DNA from: a virus
Lineage: Duplodnaviria > Caudoviricetes
Virus record (IMG/VR): IMGVR_UViG_3300040816_000388
Coordinates: 1 to 59,681 of that record
Length of the DNA stretch: 59,681 bases
Strand: one strand, 5' to 3'
Translations under genes and position numbers: made by a program
Notes under the pieces: generated by a model
Told to the model about the DNA's origin: nothing
What the model saw: only the letters and a program-made list of their open reading frames with translations
The model's database searches: none
In this document: in pieces, positions 1 to 9,956 of the stretch
Layout: each line of letters starts with the position of its first letter
Position numbering within the stretch: the first letter of the stretch is position 1

Positions 1-10
1 TTATTCAATC

Positions 11-19
11 TGATAAATA
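11..19 (+). promoter_or_regulatory. T4-like late promoter variant (TGATAAATA)
   Basis: The same motif recurs upstream of many genes in this window; T4 late consensus is TATAAATA. Confidence 0.65.
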
Positions 20-47
20 GTATTAAGTATTAAACAACGGATATTTT

Positions 48-2054
48 ATGAAACTTTATAAATTTTTAACAGAAGCAATAAACTATGCAGAACCAGATCC
101 CAAACCAGAACAAGATATCGTAGATAAGTTTGCTGGTGTAAGTGATAGTCAAAGATCATACTACATATACCATTGGGCAAAAGACAAAGGCATGGACACT
201 GATGAGGCTATGTTTAAAGCAGGCTATGTACAAGATGGTTACTTAGGTGCTGGTGCCTGGAACTGGCGTTATGTAGGTATGGGCGAAAGTATTCAGGAAG
301 GCGAAGAAAGAAGTATTATACAAGATGCAGTAGTAGATCATTTAATAGACACATTTGGTGGTCAAAATTGGATGATATTTGCTGATACTAGAGAACAACT
401 AGAAGCAAAAATGTATGATGAGATTGAAACGTTAAGTGTAGAAGAAGTAGTAGATTCAAGTATGGAAGTAGGTGGACAACCAATTGGTAACTTTGCTAGT
501 GGTAGAGTATTAGATGTTATAGATAGCAGTAGTGCTATTGAAAGTGCAATGCAACATGTAGAAGGATTAGACGAAGGCAAAAGTCCACACAAGAAAGGTT
601 CAGCAAAATACAAAAAACACATGGCGGCAATGCATGCCGAAGATGTAAATGACAGTGGTATGATTGGCAAGCCTGATTCATACTATGATGAAGAAGATCG
701 TAAAGAAGCATACAACGAATTACAAGATGCATTAGATCAATGTCGTGGTGTTGAAGCAGAATATGTTAAAGATGGAATATGTCCTAATTGTGCAGGTAGC
801 AGTTATATTGATGGCGACTACGATGAAGAAGAAGATAGTTGCGATGGTTGGGGCAATTACGGATGTGACGAAGGTGAAATGGAATACATGAATGATTCCG
901 TGAGTTGGAAACAAATTATGGACCATGATAAAAAACAAGAACAAAAAGCCAACAGAGGCCCTGCTCCAGATAAAGAAACAGTAATGAAAGTACTACCACG
1001 TTTACATGATGACTATGTTAAGAGTGGAAGATTTAATGCTATGGAACTACCTGGCATACTTAGACAAATGTATCCAGAGTTAGGAAAAAGAGAAGCCGCT
1101 GGTTATACAGCAGAGTTTTTCAAAACCTTCAAAGAACATGCAGAATTACAAAGATTAGCAGGTATGGAAGAATCTGTACCTTACAGTAAAAGTACTGAAA
1201 AAGATTTAGCAGATAAAATGTTTAAAGCGGCAGATGAAAGAAAACGTAAAGAAAAAGATGCCGAACATGATAAAAAACAAAAAGTTAAAGAAGACGACAG
1301 TGGTGAGGCAATAGTTGCCAAGATGCTTGCCAAAGCATTAGGTGATGAAAATCGTTGGACCGACATGTCAGCACCTGAACTACATGCAGAACTTGAAAGT
1401 GAAAACACATACTTAGCAGATATGATTAAATATCTTGCAAAAATGTTATATGATGTTAAACTATCTGAAAGAGCATACAAAGATGTTGGTGTAGCAGATG
1501 TTGTTAAAGATCAAAGAGGCAAAGAATTTAAATTTGATAAGAACACTAAGAAGTTTAAATCACAAGATGGCGAAGAAGCAGATGTTAGCACTAAGTTGGG
1601 CAAAGACTTAATGAGACTTAGGAAGAATCACATGAAGAGAACCTCGCCAAGTTATCCTAAAAAGCATAAAGTAATGGCTTCTATTGAAGAAGCATATGGC
1701 GATGCCCATGAGATAACATTAGAAGATAACGAAGATTTCAATGATGTATTCGGAGTACTAGGCTACAGTTTATGTGAAGTAGATACATTCGAAGCAGAAT
1801 ACCAAGGACGTAAAGTAAAACTAAACAAACCTATGCAAGGTGATGTTAAGAAGTTTAAAGTTTATGTCAAAGATCCTAAAACAGGAAATGTTAAAAAAGT
1901 AAACTTTGGACACGGCGGTAGTAGTGTTAAAGGTAAAGCAATGAAGATTCGTAAGTCTAATCCTAAGGCTCGTAAGAGTTTTAGAGCAAGACATAATTGT
2001 GATAATCCAGGACCTAAGACAAAAGCAAGGTACTGGAGTTGTCGTAAGTGGTAG
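48..2054 (+). CDS. Putative head/internal multidomain protein; acidic, with a Cys cluster and a basic C-terminal domain (DUF6321-like)
   Basis: 668-aa ORF; leader MKLYKFLTEA; ELQRLAGM motif; CPNCAG; C-terminus KFKVYVKDPKTGNVKKVNFG...FRARHNC...ARYWSCRKW, recognised as a large-phage domain. Confidence 0.6.
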   Translation: MKLYKFLTEAINYAEPDPKPEQDIVDKFAGVSDSQRSYYIYHWAKDKGMDTDEAMFKAGYVQDGYLGAGAWNWRYVGMGESIQEGEERSIIQDAVVDHLIDTFGGQNWMIFADTREQLEAKMYDEIETLSVEEVVDSSMEVGGQPIGNFASGRVLDVIDSSSAIESAMQHVEGLDEGKSPHKKGSAKYKKHMAAMHAEDVNDSGMIGKPDSYYDEEDRKEAYNELQDALDQCRGVEAEYVKDGICPNCAGSSYIDGDYDEEEDSCDGWGNYGCDEGEMEYMNDSVSWKQIMDHDKKQEQKANRGPAPDKETVMKVLPRLHDDYVKSGRFNAMELPGILRQMYPELGKREAAGYTAEFFKTFKEHAELQRLAGMEESVPYSKSTEKDLADKMFKAADERKRKEKDAEHDKKQKVKEDDSGEAIVAKMLAKALGDENRWTDMSAPELHAELESENTYLADMIKYLAKMLYDVKLSERAYKDVGVADVVKDQRGKEFKFDKNTKKFKSQDGEEADVSTKLGKDLMRLRKNHMKRTSPSYPKKHKVMASIEEAYGDAHEITLEDNEDFNDVFGVLGYSLCEVDTFEAEYQGRKVKLNKPMQGDVKKFKVYVKDPKTGNVKKVNFGHGGSSVKGKAMKIRKSNPKARKSFRARHNCDNPGPKTKARYWSCRKW

Positions 2055-2057
2055 ATC

Positions 2058-2297
2058 ATGATGCTTGATAACGAAAAAATATTTGATCTAGATGCGCCAG
2101 ATAAAGAATACACATGGCATAAAGATAAAACCACTAGGTTTATGAAAGTTATCGAAGGTTTAGGATGGAAGTTCCAATATTCAAAAGAAGAACCAAAAGA
2201 TATTAGACCAGGAACAACTATACACATCAATAAAAATTGTTTTCACAGACTTATCAAAGGCAATACCCCACTTAAAGTAAGAATAGTTGAATTATGA
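2058..2297 (+). CDS. Small cupin-like hypothetical protein
   Basis: 79 aa; WHKD and FHRLIKG cupin-like motifs. Confidence 0.5.
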   Translation: MMLDNEKIFDLDAPDKEYTWHKDKTTRFMKVIEGLGWKFQYSKEEPKDIRPGTTIHINKNCFHRLIKGNTPLKVRIVEL

Positions 2298-3838
2298 AAA
2301 AGGTAGTTATATACCCAGGTAGATTCCAACCTATGCTACCGCATCATGCAGAAGTATACAAAAAGTTACAGGCACAATTTCCTGATGCTGATGTATATGT
2401 AGCAACATCAGATAAGGTTGAAATGCCTAAGTCACCATTTAATTTTAAAGAAAAAGCAGAAATTATGACACAATTACATGATATTCCTGCTGATAAAATT
2501 ATACAAGCAAAAGTACCTTACTTAGTAGATTCTTATACAAAAGCATTTGATCAAGAAAATACCATGGTTATATTTGCTGTTGGTGAGAAAGACACTGATA
2601 GATTTCCTATGTCAAACGTAGATACAGAGACAGGTTTAGATATGAAAGTACGCGGGGAACCTGGTCCAAAGTTCTATCAAATGATAAATACATTAGAGAA
2701 ACATCCTGCTTTGCCAATGTCGCAAAGAGGATACATATATGTAGCACCCAATATTGATAAGGGTGATGTAGTAGCAAGTGCAAGTGCTTTTAGAAATGCG
2801 TTTAATAGTGCTACTGATAATGAACATAAAAAAGAAATTTTTGTCAAATATATGGGAACATTTAACCAAGGTATATTTGACTTACTAAAAAATAAAGCAG
2901 AGAAAAAAATGAGCGAAGAATTAAACATAATGAAATACTTAGCAGGCATGCTTCAAGAAGCACCTATGGATTATTCAGATAATGACGATAGAGATATAGA
3001 CGATACTGATGACGATGGGTACAAGCCAGGGTTTGCACAAAAGAATATGATTACTCAATTGGGTAAAGTAGCAGACAGTGAAGATGCAAGTAAAGATGCT
3101 GAAGTAATGAAAGTTAAGAAGTTTGATAAAATTACATCTGTAACTACTGATGATGGTGATACACATGAAGTTAGTGGTGCTGAAGCAGATGCTTTAATTA
3201 AAATGTTTAACATGCTTAGTTCTCAAAGAGCAGGTGAAGAAGAATCACCTAGAGAAAAATTTAACAGAACAATACAAAAAAGTCAAGGCTTAACACAAAT
3301 GTTAGATTTTGCTAAAGCAAAAGGTTTAGTAAAAGAAGAAAGTGCTGAACTACCTACATTAGACTTAGCAGATATTAGATCTGACTACCAGCCTGAATTA
3401 GAAGAAGGTGGTGATTGCTATCACTGTGATGGCAAAGATCCAGACTGTGAACATTGTAGTGGTGATGGGTATGTTAAGTTTGATGACGATCCACAAGAGC
3501 CAAGCCAAGAAGAAATGGACAAACATGCTAAAAAAGAAAGTGCTCCATTTGGTGAACCAAGTCAGCAAGACATGATGGCAGATAAATTGATGTCAGCATA
3601 CGAAAAAGGTGAAGAAGCATTAGCGAAAGCCATGGGTTTAAGTCTAGAAGAATTAGACCAAGAAATGACTGAGTATGCAATGGATCATAATTTACACATG
3701 GACGACGACAGAGATGAAGTAGTTCAAGGCTATATCGAAGATGTAGTTAGTAGTGCAGATTATAAAGACCACGGTGAATACGAAAGCATAGAAGAAAAAG
3801 AGTTAGAAACACTTAAAAAGTTAGCAGGATTAAATTAA
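2294..3838 (+). CDS. HIGH-superfamily cytidyltransferase-like nucleotidyltransferase fused to an acidic, probably head-associated region
   Basis: VIYPGRFQPMLPHH motif, SPFNFKEK, VGEKD, SASAFR; C-half acidic with MKYLAGM, CYHCDG..CEHCSGDG and a terminal LKKLAGLN. Confidence 0.7.
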   Translation: MKKVVIYPGRFQPMLPHHAEVYKKLQAQFPDADVYVATSDKVEMPKSPFNFKEKAEIMTQLHDIPADKIIQAKVPYLVDSYTKAFDQENTMVIFAVGEKDTDRFPMSNVDTETGLDMKVRGEPGPKFYQMINTLEKHPALPMSQRGYIYVAPNIDKGDVVASASAFRNAFNSATDNEHKKEIFVKYMGTFNQGIFDLLKNKAEKKMSEELNIMKYLAGMLQEAPMDYSDNDDRDIDDTDDDGYKPGFAQKNMITQLGKVADSEDASKDAEVMKVKKFDKITSVTTDDGDTHEVSGAEADALIKMFNMLSSQRAGEEESPREKFNRTIQKSQGLTQMLDFAKAKGLVKEESAELPTLDLADIRSDYQPELEEGGDCYHCDGKDPDCEHCSGDGYVKFDDDPQEPSQEEMDKHAKKESAPFGEPSQQDMMADKLMSAYEKGEEALAKAMGLSLEELDQEMTEYAMDHNLHMDDDRDEVVQGYIEDVVSSADYKDHGEYESIEEKELETLKKLAGLN

Positions 3839-3855
3839 ATTTAATTTACACTATA

Positions 3856-3863
3856 TATAAATA
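3856..3863 (+). promoter_or_regulatory. Late promoter TATAAATA, 5 nt before the ATG at 3869
   Basis: Exact T4 late consensus. Confidence 0.7.
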
Positions 3864-3868
3864 GTGTT

Positions 3869-5125
3869 ATGGCTTTCACAGTAGTACCCGATAACAGAAT
3901 TTATTACGACATGGTAGAAGAATCACAAATCAGTGATTTCTTTGAATTCCTATATTTAGATCACTTACCAATCTTAGATAGAGGTTACTATCTAAATATA
4001 AAAGATGATGTATATTCAAATAATTGGCAAGGCCCTATACATCAAATACCTATATGGCATAGTGTACCTGGTCATGTTGAACCTAGAAGAAAAACCAAAA
4101 CAATATCATTAAATGATATTAAACCCAGTGATCAATTACAAATTTTACATTTTACATGGCATACTCATTCTTTTACTCATTACGAAGAAAATACAACTTA
4201 TCTCCAAGACGTAGTTGATGCTGTTAAACATTGTCCTAATATAAAAATTGTTTTTACAAATATTTGGGACGTTTGGTCAACTACTATTGTGTTAGATGAT
4301 AAAGAAGTAAATCTTATTAAATGGTTATGCGATATATTAAAGCCTGTACAACAAAATGTTTTCTTTATGATTGGTAATAAAATTGTAGTGGATTTAATAA
4401 ACAAATACTTACCTAATACTAATGCTGTGTTTAATTTGGTATACTTTAGAAATACTGTAAATTTAAATAATGCATTTGTACCAAGTACAGAATTTAGATC
4501 TAAGCATTTTGTATGCTTAAATAATCGTATAAAAAAACATAGATTAGAAGTATTTAATGTACTTGATCCTAATAAATCTGTTAGAAGTTTTGTAGAAAAT
4601 GGTATATTACTAGATTCAGAACAGGTGAATGGTTGGGAATGGTGGACAGGACTAAATGGTCATTACCAAGATAGTGTTATTAGTATTTCTACAGAAACAT
4701 GTTTTAGAAAAAAACAGTCAGAGTCTGCATCATATGTAGACTTTGGTAATTTTGAAGGTAGATTAAGTGATTGGTATAACGAAGGATTTTACACAGAAAA
4801 AACTATAAAATCGTTTGTAGCAAGACAAATACTTTTTGTAGTTGGTACATATCATATACATAAGGTTATTAAAGATTGTGGTTTTAGATTATGTGAAGAT
4901 TTTATAGATTACAGTTTCGATAACATAGAAGATGATGATAAACGGTTAGATGCTATAAAAACTGAAATAAAAAGATTACAAGATATAGACATAGAAGTGA
5001 TAAATAAGTATTACTACAGTGATCAATGTCAAGAAATTTTAGATCATAATTACGAACTTTGTAAAAAGTATAGTAAATTTAACTTTAACACTTATATATT
5101 AGGTAGAAGTAATGGAACAAGATAG
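3869..5125 (+). CDS. Putative glycosyltransferase-like protein (GT-B-like C-terminus); paralog of 38920..40242
   Basis: CLNN..K.HR, STET, YTEKTIKSF, FVVG, DYSFD motifs shared with the 440-aa ORF. Confidence 0.45.
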   Translation: MAFTVVPDNRIYYDMVEESQISDFFEFLYLDHLPILDRGYYLNIKDDVYSNNWQGPIHQIPIWHSVPGHVEPRRKTKTISLNDIKPSDQLQILHFTWHTHSFTHYEENTTYLQDVVDAVKHCPNIKIVFTNIWDVWSTTIVLDDKEVNLIKWLCDILKPVQQNVFFMIGNKIVVDLINKYLPNTNAVFNLVYFRNTVNLNNAFVPSTEFRSKHFVCLNNRIKKHRLEVFNVLDPNKSVRSFVENGILLDSEQVNGWEWWTGLNGHYQDSVISISTETCFRKKQSESASYVDFGNFEGRLSDWYNEGFYTEKTIKSFVARQILFVVGTYHIHKVIKDCGFRLCEDFIDYSFDNIEDDDKRLDAIKTEIKRLQDIDIEVINKYYYSDQCQEILDHNYELCKKYSKFNFNTYILGRSNGTR

Positions 5126-5726
5126 AACAAAATTAAACTTTAAATCTGCAGGTGCAAAAGCAGATGCTAACAGAGATGCTAAACAAGGAAGACAATTTGG
5201 TATTGGTAACTTCTTTGCTTGGGCAATGGAAAAATATCCCAAAATGACATTAGGTCAACTAGAAATGAGAATGCCTCAACTTGAAAGAGAGTATGGGCAG
5301 GAAAAGGCTATGCGTAAAGCAGAACCTGATATGAAACCTAGTGTAAACTCAGCATTTGATGACCGCGGTGAAGAAATGAAAGCAAAAGGTCTAGAAAGTA
5401 TTCAAAGAATAAAAGAACTTGCTGGACTTCCATTAAATGAAGAAGAAGTTGAAAAGATTGCTGTTGGTCATGTTGATAATGAATCAGATATGTTAAGAAA
5501 GGAATTATTTAAAATTGGAAAGTATAGTGTTGAACTATACAAAATGTTAGGTAAACTTCCTGAAGCAGATTATCCACATTGGTGGCAAGCAAAAATTGTT
5601 AAAGCAGGAGACTATATAGGTTCTGCTAAACATTACTTAGAAGGTGAATTAGAAGCACCAGAAGAAGAAAGTCCATTAGATAGAAAACCAGAAATGGACG
5701 ATGAAGTAAACCCATCAGGCGTATAA
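5112..5726 (+). CDS. Putative head/internal protein
   Basis: RIKELAGL motif, E-rich; PHWWQAKIVKAGDYIGSAKHYL domain. Confidence 0.5.
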   Translation: MEQDRTKLNFKSAGAKADANRDAKQGRQFGIGNFFAWAMEKYPKMTLGQLEMRMPQLEREYGQEKAMRKAEPDMKPSVNSAFDDRGEEMKAKGLESIQRIKELAGLPLNEEEVEKIAVGHVDNESDMLRKELFKIGKYSVELYKMLGKLPEADYPHWWQAKIVKAGDYIGSAKHYLEGELEAPEEESPLDRKPEMDDEVNPSGV

Positions 5727-5729
5727 AAA

Positions 5730-6356
5730 ATGGCACAACTTAATTGGTTACACAATTACGACACAGACATAACCTCTCTAGATATTGATAACATTCGATA
5801 TGAAACTGTAGATGGTGGTCAAAATATTTACAAATACGTTGATGGTGAACTAGAAAAACGTATCAGACAATTCCCAGAAGAAGCAGATGATTATCTTTGG
5901 GAATACAACGAAGAAGAAAGATTTAAGGAATGCCCCCATGATGAATGGGGCAGAGAAATGAATTGGTTAGTAGAAACATATACAGACATAACCGGTCCTC
6001 TACATCTAGATGTAACTGCATACAAAGACGACGCTGGAAACCTTGTAGAACATGGTAGAACATTAGGCTATGGAGCAAATAATTTAGATGAACTTATTCC
6101 AGTCAACAGAATGCTAATACCAGCAAGTATACAAGAGCGTTGGGGATATACTTTATTAGCAGATAGCCAAGAAACTCAAGAAAATGCCCCAGAAGGTCTA
6201 GAATGGGTACAAGATAAAGAAACTAAAAAAATATATCGCATAGGTAAATTACAATGTTATCCTTGTCATGTATTTCCTAAAGTATACAAACCTGTAGAAA
6301 TTAGTCACGTAGATTTTAACGACGACGTTGAATCTTTTAATGGCCGGTTTGTATAA
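5730..6356 (+). CDS. Hypothetical protein
   Basis: 208-aa ORF in operon context. Confidence 0.6.
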   Translation: MAQLNWLHNYDTDITSLDIDNIRYETVDGGQNIYKYVDGELEKRIRQFPEEADDYLWEYNEEERFKECPHDEWGREMNWLVETYTDITGPLHLDVTAYKDDAGNLVEHGRTLGYGANNLDELIPVNRMLIPASIQERWGYTLLADSQETQENAPEGLEWVQDKETKKIYRIGKLQCYPCHVFPKVYKPVEISHVDFNDDVESFNGRFV

Positions 6357-6374
6357 TATCAACAAACTCCCAGT

Positions 6375-6382
6375 TATAAATA
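6375..6382 (+). promoter_or_regulatory. Late promoter TATAAATA
   Basis: Intergenic, followed by AGGAG SD and the ATG at 6409. Confidence 0.65.
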
Positions 6383-6408
6383 TATCATAACAACACAGGA
6401 GAATCAAC

Positions 6409-7155
6409 ATGACTGTTGAAGCATATATACCCAAATACGAATTTATTACCACTACATTAAATAGTGCTAACATTGATATGGATTTATCAGAAGCAAAAGT
6501 TTTAGAACTATATGGTAATGCAGGAACACTACTAAACGATCCAGCAAACGATGTAGAAGAAGAAAACTATGTTTGTGTAGACTGTGACTTTGAAGCAATA
6601 GAACAAGGTAAAGAAGATTTTCCAGAAGCAAGTTTTAGGTTTTGGGATAGACATAATCAAATGGTTCATCCTAATGGTCAAATAGATTTACCAATTCCAT
6701 TAGAAGAAGGTGATAAATTTGATTTAATTTTCTGCTTTATGAAAACTGCAAACGTAGACCCTGAAATATTATTTGCAGATTTAGATAAATGTTACGAGCA
6801 TTTGAATCCAGGTGGTGCAATTATATTTACTGTGTTCATCAGAGAAGTAGCATTAAATTATTTTGTTGTAAGACGTACACATGAATACGGTATGTTAAAT
6901 AATAACCTTGTAGAGAGTACAGAAGGTTCAGGTGTTTTTGCTTTAATCAATAACGATGATGTAAGAGTTGATGTTGAAAGAGTACCAACTGAAGGTGATG
7001 ATGCTGTATTAGAAGCAACACATTACACTTGGTTTTGGAGTAACGAGTATTTAACACAAAGAACTAAAGATCACTTCCCAGAAGCAACTGTTACTACAAG
7101 GCGTTTACCACCTATGTGGAGTATTCAAAATCCTTTTGTTATTCAAAAGCCTTAG
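6409..7155 (+). CDS. Class I SAM-dependent methyltransferase-like protein (degenerate motif I)
   Basis: VLELYGNAGTLL, FDLIF, HLNPGG; resembles 14300..15082. Confidence 0.55.
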   Translation: MTVEAYIPKYEFITTTLNSANIDMDLSEAKVLELYGNAGTLLNDPANDVEEENYVCVDCDFEAIEQGKEDFPEASFRFWDRHNQMVHPNGQIDLPIPLEEGDKFDLIFCFMKTANVDPEILFADLDKCYEHLNPGGAIIFTVFIREVALNYFVVRRTHEYGMLNNNLVESTEGSGVFALINNDDVRVDVERVPTEGDDAVLEATHYTWFWSNEYLTQRTKDHFPEATVTTRRLPPMWSIQNPFVIQKP

Positions 7156-7825
7156 CGGCATCAGTAGACATACTAGCAATTAAATGTATTCTTTCTACAT
7201 TACTGTAGTTTGTAGCACAATGAGTCTTACTAGTATTTAAAAGATAAGAAGAACCGGCTTTAAAATGTGCCATTTCTAAAGGTATTGTTTCGCCATCTTC
7301 TTTTGGTGTGTTAAAGTTTTCGGGCCAGTTTACTAAAAAACATCTATTATTAGTTGTGATAGGAAAATGTATTCTCCAATCCATTATAGTGCCAGTACCA
7401 TTTAAAGTCATCATTAAAGGACTACCGTCTTTATGTATACTTAATGTTGTTCGTGGTGGTAACACACTTATACGCCATCTAAAGGCACCTTCTATACTAG
7501 TTACTAGTTGTTCTAAGTATGTGCCTTTTATGTTGTTTATAGGATGTATAAATCTACTTTCATCCACAAATTCATTTGTTTCATTTTCAAATTGTGTTTT
7601 TAAATCGTAACGTTGCTGTTGATTGTTGCTATATGTTTTACCAGCAATACCATCATACCATTCATCGCTATCAGGTTTAGAAACTGTAATGCATTGGTTT
7701 CTATGTGATATGTCTGCTAATTCTGTACCTAATGCTGATTCTTTATTTTTAATAAATGTTTGCTCAACATCACGTCTTAATTGTTGATAGTCAAAATCTA
7801 CTTTTATTTTTCTAAAAGGTTTCAT
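7139..7825 (-). CDS. 2OG-Fe(II) oxygenase, Asp/Asn beta-hydroxylase-like
   Basis: LSIHKD...RIHFPITTN...HCATN...RIHL. Confidence 0.7.
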   Translation of the reverse strand: MKPFRKIKVDFDYQQLRRDVEQTFIKNKESALGTELADISHRNQCITVSKPDSDEWYDGIAGKTYSNNQQQRYDLKTQFENETNEFVDESRFIHPINNIKGTYLEQLVTSIEGAFRWRISVLPPRTTLSIHKDGSPLMMTLNGTGTIMDWRIHFPITTNNRCFLVNWPENFNTPKEDGETIPLEMAHFKAGSSYLLNTSKTHCATNYSNVERIHLIASMSTDAAKAFE

Positions 7826-8496
7826 GTTTGTAAACTAAAATCTTTTGGTTCTTTTAAATGCAATGCACTAGGTGTTACAACACCTGTAATAGTTAAGCAA
7901 TACCTAGGCCATAACCCTGCATTACCAGTAGCATGATATATACCTTCGGGCCAACAATGTATGTCTCCCATTTTATATTGATGTATTACATCATTGCCCA
8001 CACTAACATAATGTCCCCATTGCCAATCATTAAGTTGTACTAAGTAACGTATTACTTCAGTGTCGTCACTAACTTTAGCATGATTACGTCTATAGTTATT
8101 ATAACTATCTCTGTGCCATGGAACAAATTTTCCAGGTGGTTGTTCTAAGAACATAATTTGGGGATTCCACAAACCACTTGCTTGTCCTAATATGTTAAAA
8201 AATGGTCCTAAATTTCTAGTTTGTCTGCCGCCTGTATTGTGTTTAGTATATCCTGCTCTTGTTAAATCATTATGATATCCTTCCATAATTTCTTTTGCTT
8301 CATCATTAAAAGGTTTACCTTTGATACTTACTTCATCATAAGTATCGTCATCTGTTAAGTTATCAATTGTTTCTTGTACATATTTTTCTAACTTGTCGTG
8401 TACAAATCTACCAACGTATTGCACATCAGATTGTTTACTACTTGGGTCATAATGCCAAGGAAAATTTTGTTTATTCCATTCCCAATAACTGTCCAT
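7822..8496 (-). CDS. Cupin / 2OG-Fe(II) oxygenase-like protein
   Basis: QPPGKFVPWHRD...YHATGNAG..PR. Confidence 0.65.
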   Translation of the reverse strand: MDSYWEWNKQNFPWHYDPSSKQSDVQYVGRFVHDKLEKYVQETIDNLTDDDTYDEVSIKGKPFNDEAKEIMEGYHNDLTRAGYTKHNTGGRQTRNLGPFFNILGQASGLWNPQIMFLEQPPGKFVPWHRDSYNNYRRNHAKVSDDTEVIRYLVQLNDWQWGHYVSVGNDVIHQYKMGDIHCWPEGIYHATGNAGLWPRYCLTITGVVTPSALHLKEPKDFSLQT

Positions 8497-9117
8497 TTAT
8501 TCTCCATGTTCCATTCTAATTAAGGAACTGTTTACATACTCGGCACCTAATATAAATCTGTAACCGTCTATTCCATGTGTAAAGTCTGTGCCATGATATG
8601 ATTTATCAGTTGCTTCAAAACACATAGCATTTCCAGGAACATATTCTATTTCTTTTACAAAACTGCTATAGTCTGCTTCTTTAGTGTATAGTTTTGTACC
8701 CCAATCTTTGTATTCTCTGTCATTGAGACCTAAGTACACTAATAATTTTAATTTTCCTGCTCCATATTTACTTAGTTTTTGCCAGTCATCATTGTGTGGT
8801 CTTAATGGTTTATCTGGATTATCATATGTAAGGTTACAATTAAATACCCAATCAAATTTTTCATCTAATAAATCAAAGTAGTCTGCAACTTCATTTAATT
8901 GGGTTGTAATTTTTTTATTTAAATCAGGAGTAAATTCTATATCTACACCCGAGTTGTTTTGATATTCTCCATGTTCAAAGAACATACTCTTATCGTTAAA
9001 TTTATCTATATTTAATTTATTTTTACATCTATAATATAGTAAATGTGTTTCTTCTTCAGTGAGAAATTCTTCTAAAACAATATGTTTATAAGGATTATTG
9101 TATTCAATTATCTTCAC
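8497..9117 (-). CDS. 2OG-Fe(II) oxygenase (P4H-like)
   Basis: PYKHIVLEEFL, PHND, LVYL, GTKLY, YHG, terminal R. Confidence 0.7.
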   Translation of the reverse strand: MKIIEYNNPYKHIVLEEFLTEEETHLLYYRCKNKLNIDKFNDKSMFFEHGEYQNNSGVDIEFTPDLNKKITTQLNEVADYFDLLDEKFDWVFNCNLTYDNPDKPLRPHNDDWQKLSKYGAGKLKLLVYLGLNDREYKDWGTKLYTKEADYSSFVKEIEYVPGNAMCFEATDKSYHGTDFTHGIDGYRFILGAEYVNSSLIRMEHGE

Positions 9118-9955
9118 TGTTTCTCACTAATTGCTCTGCCATTTCTCCCCAAAATCTTCCTGCCCGAGGACCTTTGTTGGCTTTACCATCGCTTTCGCCT
9201 GGTATCTTAATCCATAAAAAAGCATCACATTGTTTCTCACCTGTATTACATGTTGGTGGTTCTCCTAATGCTCTTCCTGGAGGGTTACACCATTCGTTTC
9301 CATGTGGTCCATTACCATTACGACTAGTGTCTATTACAAAGTGGTCTTGAGGTCTGTGTTCACATACTTTTAAACCCCAATTCATACTTTCTTTTGTACT
9401 ACGATAATTGCTAACATTTACTGCAAAGCCTCTAACTTTATCGTTACATACACTATTTAACAATTTAGCGGCATCTTTAGGACTTAACCAATTACTATGT
9501 CCTATATCGACATAAACATGGGCTCTACAACTGCGTGTAAGCAATTCTAAGCCTTCTTTCATGAGGTCCATGCGCCAAAGTGCATCTTCTTCTTGCATCA
9601 TTGTAGTATGTGGGAGACTATCCGGTTCGTAAATCACAATAGGGGACTTATCTTTTATACCATTAGCAAAACTTTCTATAAAGTACAAATAACTATCTCT
9701 AGTTTTAGCACCACCTTTGCTGTATTGTCCTATATCTCTATTAGGCATATTATACAAAACTAATATTGGTAAGCCTGGATGTGTGCGTTTGAGTAATCTT
9801 TCTATGCTGTAATCTAGGTCACTTGTTTCTTTTCCGTTACGCTCTCCGTACCAGAATGAAACTGGATGTTCAAATATTTTACTTGCTAGTGGATATTGCT
9901 GTTTGTGATCTTTTACTCTATCAAAGTTATTGACCCAAAAAGGATAGTCCAACAT
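9104..9955 (-). CDS. Glycoside hydrolase family 6 (endoglucanase-like)
   Basis: YNMPNRD, IYEPDSL, NVSNY, VIDTSRNGNG, WCNPPGRALG, LWIKIPGESDG. Confidence 0.9.
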   Translation of the reverse strand: MLDYPFWVNNFDRVKDHKQQYPLASKIFEHPVSFWYGERNGKETSDLDYSIERLLKRTHPGLPILVLYNMPNRDIGQYSKGGAKTRDSYLYFIESFANGIKDKSPIVIYEPDSLPHTTMMQEEDALWRMDLMKEGLELLTRSCRAHVYVDIGHSNWLSPKDAAKLLNSVCNDKVRGFAVNVSNYRSTKESMNWGLKVCEHRPQDHFVIDTSRNGNGPHGNEWCNPPGRALGEPPTCNTGEKQCDAFLWIKIPGESDGKANKGPRAGRFWGEMAEQLVRNSEDN

Positions 9956-9956
9956 A

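Noticed and set aside
3831-3848. Palindrome TAAATTAAATTTAATTTA after ORF 2294
   Set aside because: AT-only and weak; expected by chance in this composition
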